Shown here: positions 23,926 to 28,202 of the stretch, piece after piece
Layout: each line of letters opens with the position of its first letter
Position numbering within the stretch: position 1 is the first letter of the stretch
Assembly: GCA_016795125.1 (NCBI GenBank)
Contig: JAEUIG010000343.1
Coordinates: 1 to 28,202, forward strand
Source of the DNA: Planctomycetaceae bacterium
GTDB taxonomy: Bacteria; Planctomycetota; Planctomycetia; Planctomycetales; Planctomycetaceae
Length of the DNA stretch: 28,202 nt
Direction of reading: 5' to 3'
Program-made: the position numbers and the translations under genes
Notes under the pieces: model-generated
What the model was told of the DNA's origin: nothing
The model's input: the letters and a program-made list of their open reading frames with translations, nothing else
Database searches by the model: none

Positions 23926-24270
23926 CTACCTCACCCAGTTCTTCGGGAAGCCTTCGAGAGGCGATGACTCGTCAGGCTTCCACAGCGCGACGTCGTGGAT
24001 CCGCCGCGCCAGGTCCACGTCGCTCTGCGTAATGCCCTTGACGCGGTGCGTCTGCAGTTTAACCACGACCTGTGCGTAGCCCAGTTCCAGGTCCGGATGG
24101 TGCCAGGCGGCCTCGGCCGCGTAGCCGATCGCGTTCGCCAGCAGGAGCGTGTGCGGCCAGCCGGGCGTAACGTACTTGCGACGCAGCCAGCCGTCGCGAA
24201 TCTCCCAGCCGGGGAGGGATTGCAAGGCGGCTTCGATCTGTGCCGGGGTGAGGACAATGTCTTCGGGCAT
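23926..24270 (-). CDS. phhB: Pterin-4-alpha-carbinolamine dehydratase
   Basis: LPGWEIRDGWLRRKY, AEAAWHHPDL, VVVKLQTH, GITQSDVDLA. Start placed at ATG 24270. Confidence 0.9.
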   Translation of the reverse strand: MPEDIVLTPAQIEAALQSLPGWEIRDGWLRRKYVTPGWPHTLLLANAIGYAAEAAWHHPDLELGYAQVVVKLQTHRVKGITQSDVDLARRIHDVALWKPDESSPLEGFPKNWVR

Positions 24271-24634
24271 GACGGCCTCGACGATGAAATGACCAAAGGG
24301 ACGAATGTCGAACGCAGCGAGGTCCTGCGACATTAGGGCATTTTTACATTCTTGCCAGCGGCGAAGATTGTCGCACGGCTGCTTTCCCGATTGTATCAGC
24401 GAGGGCGCAGCCGCCGAACAATCCGGGTTTGTCGTCAAGTCGCAGAAAGGCAACCGGGGTTCTGCGGCGCGGCTCGGAAGGCGCTGTTTCGCCGACCGCT
24501 GCTGGCCGGGCACGGGAGTGCGGTGTATTCTCAGAGCGGAGTCGCGGCCGACGCTCCATCTGCGGCCGTAGATCGCAACAGCGGCAGGGAGGACCGGACC
24601 CGCACGTCAACCGACGGCTGACCTGGCGCAGGCT

Positions 24635-26926
24635 ATGAGCAGCGAACTACGCCGTCATCCGGTCCTGGTGCGAATCTCGGACTGGCTGCTCAACTGGCGG
24701 AGCTGGTTGTTCCTGCTGGCCGTGGGCATCACGCTGCCGGCGATCGGTCCCGCCAACAGCCTCAAGCTCGACGAGGCCATTGAGTCGTTCTATTCGCCGG
24801 GCGATCCCGACCTGGTCGCGTGGACGAGAAGCAAAGAGACGTTTGGCGGTGACGAGTTCGTCATGGTCGCCTTCGAGCAGCCCGACCTGCTCACCGCCGC
24901 CAACCTCGCGTCGCTGCGCGAGTTCGCGCAGCAGTTCCGCGACCCGGCGCTGTTCAGCGTCGAACAGACGTACGACGGCAAGCGTATCACGCCGCGAATC
25001 GACTTTGCCGCGACGAAAGACCTGGCCTCGGTGCTGAACATCGACGATGCGCCGATGTTCAGCGAGCTGCCGCGAATCGTGCGCCGCCTCGTCGGCCGCG
25101 TGCTCCGCGAAAGTCTGATCGACTTCAGCCGCAACGTGCTGATTGGTGAAAAGTCGCCCGAGGGTGCAGAGTCGCAGACCACCTCCGTCATGCTGCGGCT
25201 GCTCCCCGATCAATCCGCCGAGGAACGCACGGTCACCCTGCGGCGCATCCGCGAACTCGCGGCCGCCCACGATCCGCCGGCCCACGTGATTGGCGAAGCG
25301 GTCCAGCTCAACGACATGTTCCGCTACGTCGAGGACGATTCAGCGACCCTCGGGTGGTGGACGTCGGCCCTGCTGATCATCGTCATCCTCGCGATCTTCC
25401 GTAGCCTGCGGTGGGTCATCCTCCCCTTGCTGGTCGTCCGCGTGACGATTATCTGGACGCGTGCGCTGCTGGCTCTCAGCGGACTGCGGTTGAGCATGGT
25501 CAGCTCGATGCTCGACTCACTGGTGACCATCATGGTCATCGCCGTGGTCACGCACGTCACTGTGACGTTCCGCGAGGAGCGCAAGACGCACGACCGCGTC
25601 GCCGCATTCCGGGAATCCTTCTACCGCCTGGCGCCGGCCATCTTCTGGAACTGCGCGACGACGGCGATCGGCTTCCTGGTATTGCTCACCAGCGGCATCG
25701 TGCCCGTCCGCAGCTTCGCGATCATGATGTCGATCGGGACGATGATTCCGCTGGTCGCCTGCATGCTGCTGCTGCCGGCCGGCATCCTGATGGGCAAGCG
25801 CGACGCCGATCCCGGCGAGTCGCGCGGCGAGGAACAGCTTGTGCGGAGCCTGCTGGGCGTTACGCATGCCGTGGAGCGCTATCCCTGGCCGGTCGTCGGA
25901 GTATCCATCCTGACGATCGTCGTTGCCGCGCTGGGAATCACGCGGCTGACCGTCGAGACGGACTTCAGCAAGAACTTCCGCGCCGCCAGCCCGGTCCGGC
26001 AATCGCTGGACTTCTTCGAATCGAAGCTGGGAGGCACCGGCAACTGGGAGGTCAGCTTCGACGCTCCAGAGCAGCTCGACGAAGCCTTTCTCGACAAGGT
26101 CCGCGCACTTTCGGCCGACCTGCGGCGCATCGAAATGCCGGACGGTACGCAGTTGTCCAAGGTCTACTCGCTGACGGACGGACTCGATTTCGTTCCGACC
26201 AGCATGGGGGACAGCATCGACGCCAAGCGTGCTGCGCTGCGGCAGCTGCAGCCCGACTACGAGGCGCAGCTCTACAATCCCGCAGCCGGCCGGATGCGCA
26301 TCTTTTTGCGGGCCCGCGAACAGAAACCCGCGGAGATCAAGCTCGGGCTGATTGACGAAGTCGAACACGTCGCCCAGGGGTCGTTCCAGGAGGCGCGCGT
26401 CACCGGGCTGTACGTGTTGATCGCCCGCATGGTCTCCAGCCTGCTCGGCGACCAGCTCGAGAGCTTCATTCTCAGCACGCTCGGGATCAGCCTGGCGATG
26501 GGCCTGGCGTTTCGCGGTTTCTGGATCGGAGTGGCGTCGCTGGTGCCCAACGTGATTCCCATTCTGCTCGTCGTCGGCAGCATGGGATGGTTCGGCGTCC
26601 CGATCAATCTCGGCACGGCAATGATCGCCAGCGTCTCGATGGGGCTGACGATCGATTCGAGCATCCACTACCTGGTCGACTATCGCCGCGCCCGTGAACT
26701 CGGCATGGACCACAACGCCGCCATCCGGGACACGCACGCCGGCGTTGGCCGGTCGCTCGTGTTCTCCAACGTCGCGTTGATGGTCGGCTTCAGCGTGCTG
26801 TGCCTGTCGAACTTCATCCCGCTGATCTACTTCGGCATCCTCGTCAGTCTGGCGATGCTGGGTGGCCTGCTGGGAAACCTCGTCCTGCTGCCGCTCATGC
26901 TGCGCTGGGTCCCGCTGCGGATGTAA
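24635..26926 (+). CDS. MMPL / RND-superfamily exporter (COG1033-type)
   Basis: Two repeats of TM, soluble loop and 5 TMs; TTAIGFLVL, GLTIDSSIHY, GFSVLCLSNFIPLIYFG. Confidence 0.9.
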   Translation: MSSELRRHPVLVRISDWLLNWRSWLFLLAVGITLPAIGPANSLKLDEAIESFYSPGDPDLVAWTRSKETFGGDEFVMVAFEQPDLLTAANLASLREFAQQFRDPALFSVEQTYDGKRITPRIDFAATKDLASVLNIDDAPMFSELPRIVRRLVGRVLRESLIDFSRNVLIGEKSPEGAESQTTSVMLRLLPDQSAEERTVTLRRIRELAAAHDPPAHVIGEAVQLNDMFRYVEDDSATLGWWTSALLIIVILAIFRSLRWVILPLLVVRVTIIWTRALLALSGLRLSMVSSMLDSLVTIMVIAVVTHVTVTFREERKTHDRVAAFRESFYRLAPAIFWNCATTAIGFLVLLTSGIVPVRSFAIMMSIGTMIPLVACMLLLPAGILMGKRDADPGESRGEEQLVRSLLGVTHAVERYPWPVVGVSILTIVVAALGITRLTVETDFSKNFRAASPVRQSLDFFESKLGGTGNWEVSFDAPEQLDEAFLDKVRALSADLRRIEMPDGTQLSKVYSLTDGLDFVPTSMGDSIDAKRAALRQLQPDYEAQLYNPAAGRMRIFLRAREQKPAEIKLGLIDEVEHVAQGSFQEARVTGLYVLIARMVSSLLGDQLESFILSTLGISLAMGLAFRGFWIGVASLVPNVIPILLVVGSMGWFGVPINLGTAMIASVSMGLTIDSSIHYLVDYRRARELGMDHNAAIRDTHAGVGRSLVFSNVALMVGFSVLCLSNFIPLIYFGILVSLAMLGGLLGNLVLLPLMLRWVPLRM

Positions 26927-27045
26927 TTCTTGGCTCGTGAGTCGTGCTGAATCTCGCTCGCCGGTTCCAGATTCATCTGCGAATCGGGCCGATTCCTGCG
27001 TAGCATGTCGCTGAATCCGACGTGCCCGCGGAGGCCAATTCGGCG

Positions 27046-28202
27046 ATGACCGATCTTCCACGCAAGATCAGACTCGAATCGGGGTGGATCGCATTGATCC
27101 TGCTCCCTTACGTCGTGCTCCTGCTCGCCGTACCGCTCGGCGGCGAGTTTCCGCTGCTCGACGACTTCGACTATGCGGCCTCTGCCTGGCACCTGGCGGA
27201 TACGGGCCGGCTGCGGTTCTCCGACTGGCCCGCGATGACGCTCGTCACGCACGTCGCGTGGGGGGCCCTCGCCAGCAAGCTCGCCGGAAACTCGTTCGCC
27301 GTGCTGCGCGGTTCGATGTGCGTGCTGTCGTGCGCGGCCGCGATCGCGATCTACGCCGGAGCGCGCCGCTGCGGACACTCGCGGCCCAACGGTGTGCTGG
27401 CGGCGTGGTGCTTCGCCGTGCATCCGATGACTGTCGAGTTCGAATACACGTTCATGACGGACATCACCGGGGCAGCCCTGTCCGCCATCCTGCTGGCGTG
27501 CAGTCCCGTGGTACAGCGCGCGTCGGTGCGGCGCCTGTGCGGCTACAGCGTGCTCGGCGGCCTCGCGTACCTGGCGCGGGAAACGGCTGCCATCCCGTGG
27601 ATCATGGTGCTGGCAGCGACTGCGTGGCAGTGCGCCCGCAGCAGTGCTTCGTGGCGGCGTCTCGTCTGGCTGACCGCGCCGGCCGCCCTCATGATCGCCG
27701 CCTACGAGTACTGGCTGCGTGCGTTTCACGTCCTGCCGTTCAACCGGTCCTTGCCCTCGCTGGACTGGACCGCGTTGATCGGCGATCCCTCCCGGCTGCC
27801 CTTTTTGCTGACGGCATCGGGACTCGCGATGGCGCCGCTGGGCGTCATGGCGATTGCGTCCGCCGACCGCAACGCCCGGCGAATTCCGATCCTGCTCGCC
27901 GCCGCGATCGGCATCGCCGCCGCAGCGATGGTCGGTGCAGGGACCAGCACTCCCCCTCCCTATCGTGGCGACATCTTCGACCTGGGACTGCGGCCCCCGG
28001 AGATGCCGCTGGGCCACATCCCCGCATCGCTGCGCGGCCCCAGCATGACGATCGGCGAACGCGATGTGTCCGTGATGCGTGTCGTCACGACGGCGCTGGG
28101 CTGGTTCTTCGCCACGGGCATCGCCGCGGCAATCTTCGCCAGCCGGCAACTCGCACCGCTGCGTTCGCAGTTTCGCGGCGACTCTCCCCTGCCAGTAGCC
28201 AC
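27046..28202 (+). CDS. GT-C fold (PMT/ArnT-like) integral membrane glycosyltransferase, 3'-truncated
   Basis: Frame 1 is open from ATG 27046 to the window end (MTDLPRKIRL...); GGAGG 11 nt upstream; TM1 then EFPLLDDFDYA acidic loop, FMTD, and multiple TMs. Not listed in the ORF track. Confidence 0.8.
   Translation, partial: MTDLPRKIRLESGWIALILLPYVVLLLAVPLGGEFPLLDDFDYAASAWHLADTGRLRFSDWPAMTLVTHVAWGALASKLAGNSFAVLRGSMCVLSCAAAIAIYAGARRCGHSRPNGVLAAWCFAVHPMTVEFEYTFMTDITGAALSAILLACSPVVQRASVRRLCGYSVLGGLAYLARETAAIPWIMVLAATAWQCARSSASWRRLVWLTAPAALMIAAYEYWLRAFHVLPFNRSLPSLDWTALIGDPSRLPFLLTASGLAMAPLGVMAIASADRNARRIPILLAAAIGIAAAAMVGAGTSTPPPYRGDIFDLGLRPPEMPLGHIPASLRGPSMTIGERDVSVMRVVTTALGWFFATGIAAAIFASRQLAPLRSQFRGDSPLPVA

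Noticed and set aside
23926-24270. Pterin dehydratase without a phenylalanine hydroxylase
   Set aside because: Orphan PCD/PhhB homologs are widespread in bacteria; not unusual.
25517-28149. Long minus-strand ORFs (514 aa and 440 aa)
   Set aside because: Antisense shadows of the MMPL and GT-C genes.

Overview
A GC-rich window whose gene style suggests a Planctomycetota (probably Planctomycetaceae) chromosome. It is mostly core genome; I found no integrase, transposase, CRISPR array, tRNA or rRNA. Gene order: 3' part of mcsB; a secreted FGE-sulfatase-domain protein; a dnaA with its own promoter and two upstream DnaA-box-like 9-mers; a minus-strand block (TPR lipoprotein, LRR lipoprotein, hypothetical, ABC/AAA ATPase, Zn-ribbon-CBS, korB, korA, CBS); a plus-strand block (membrane Ser/Thr pseudokinase, panC, lgt, MtnK/APH-like kinase); a possible small secreted ORF; a PQQ-type beta-propeller; a 107-aa secreted Cys/Pro/Asp-repeat microprotein followed by a structured terminator; a HAMP histidine kinase plus sigma54-type regulator; pterin-4a-carbinolamine dehydratase; an MMPL/RND transporter; and a 3'-truncated GT-C glycosyltransferase missing from the ORF track. 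Best leads: (1) the 18-Cys microprotein with upstream palindromes, a three-way-junction 3' RNA and a neighbouring two-component system whose kinase lacks the H+1 acidic residue; (2) degenerate 7-bp arrays at several gene junctions, including an inverted empty-cassette-like pair and arrays that supply two stop codons, alongside five unrelated REP-like palindromic elements; (3) korAB bracketed by two stand-alone CBS proteins; (4) a pseudokinase heading panC-lgt; (5) a DnaA with divergent ssDNA-binding and box-reading residues. All family calls come from motifs read by eye; no database searches were run.
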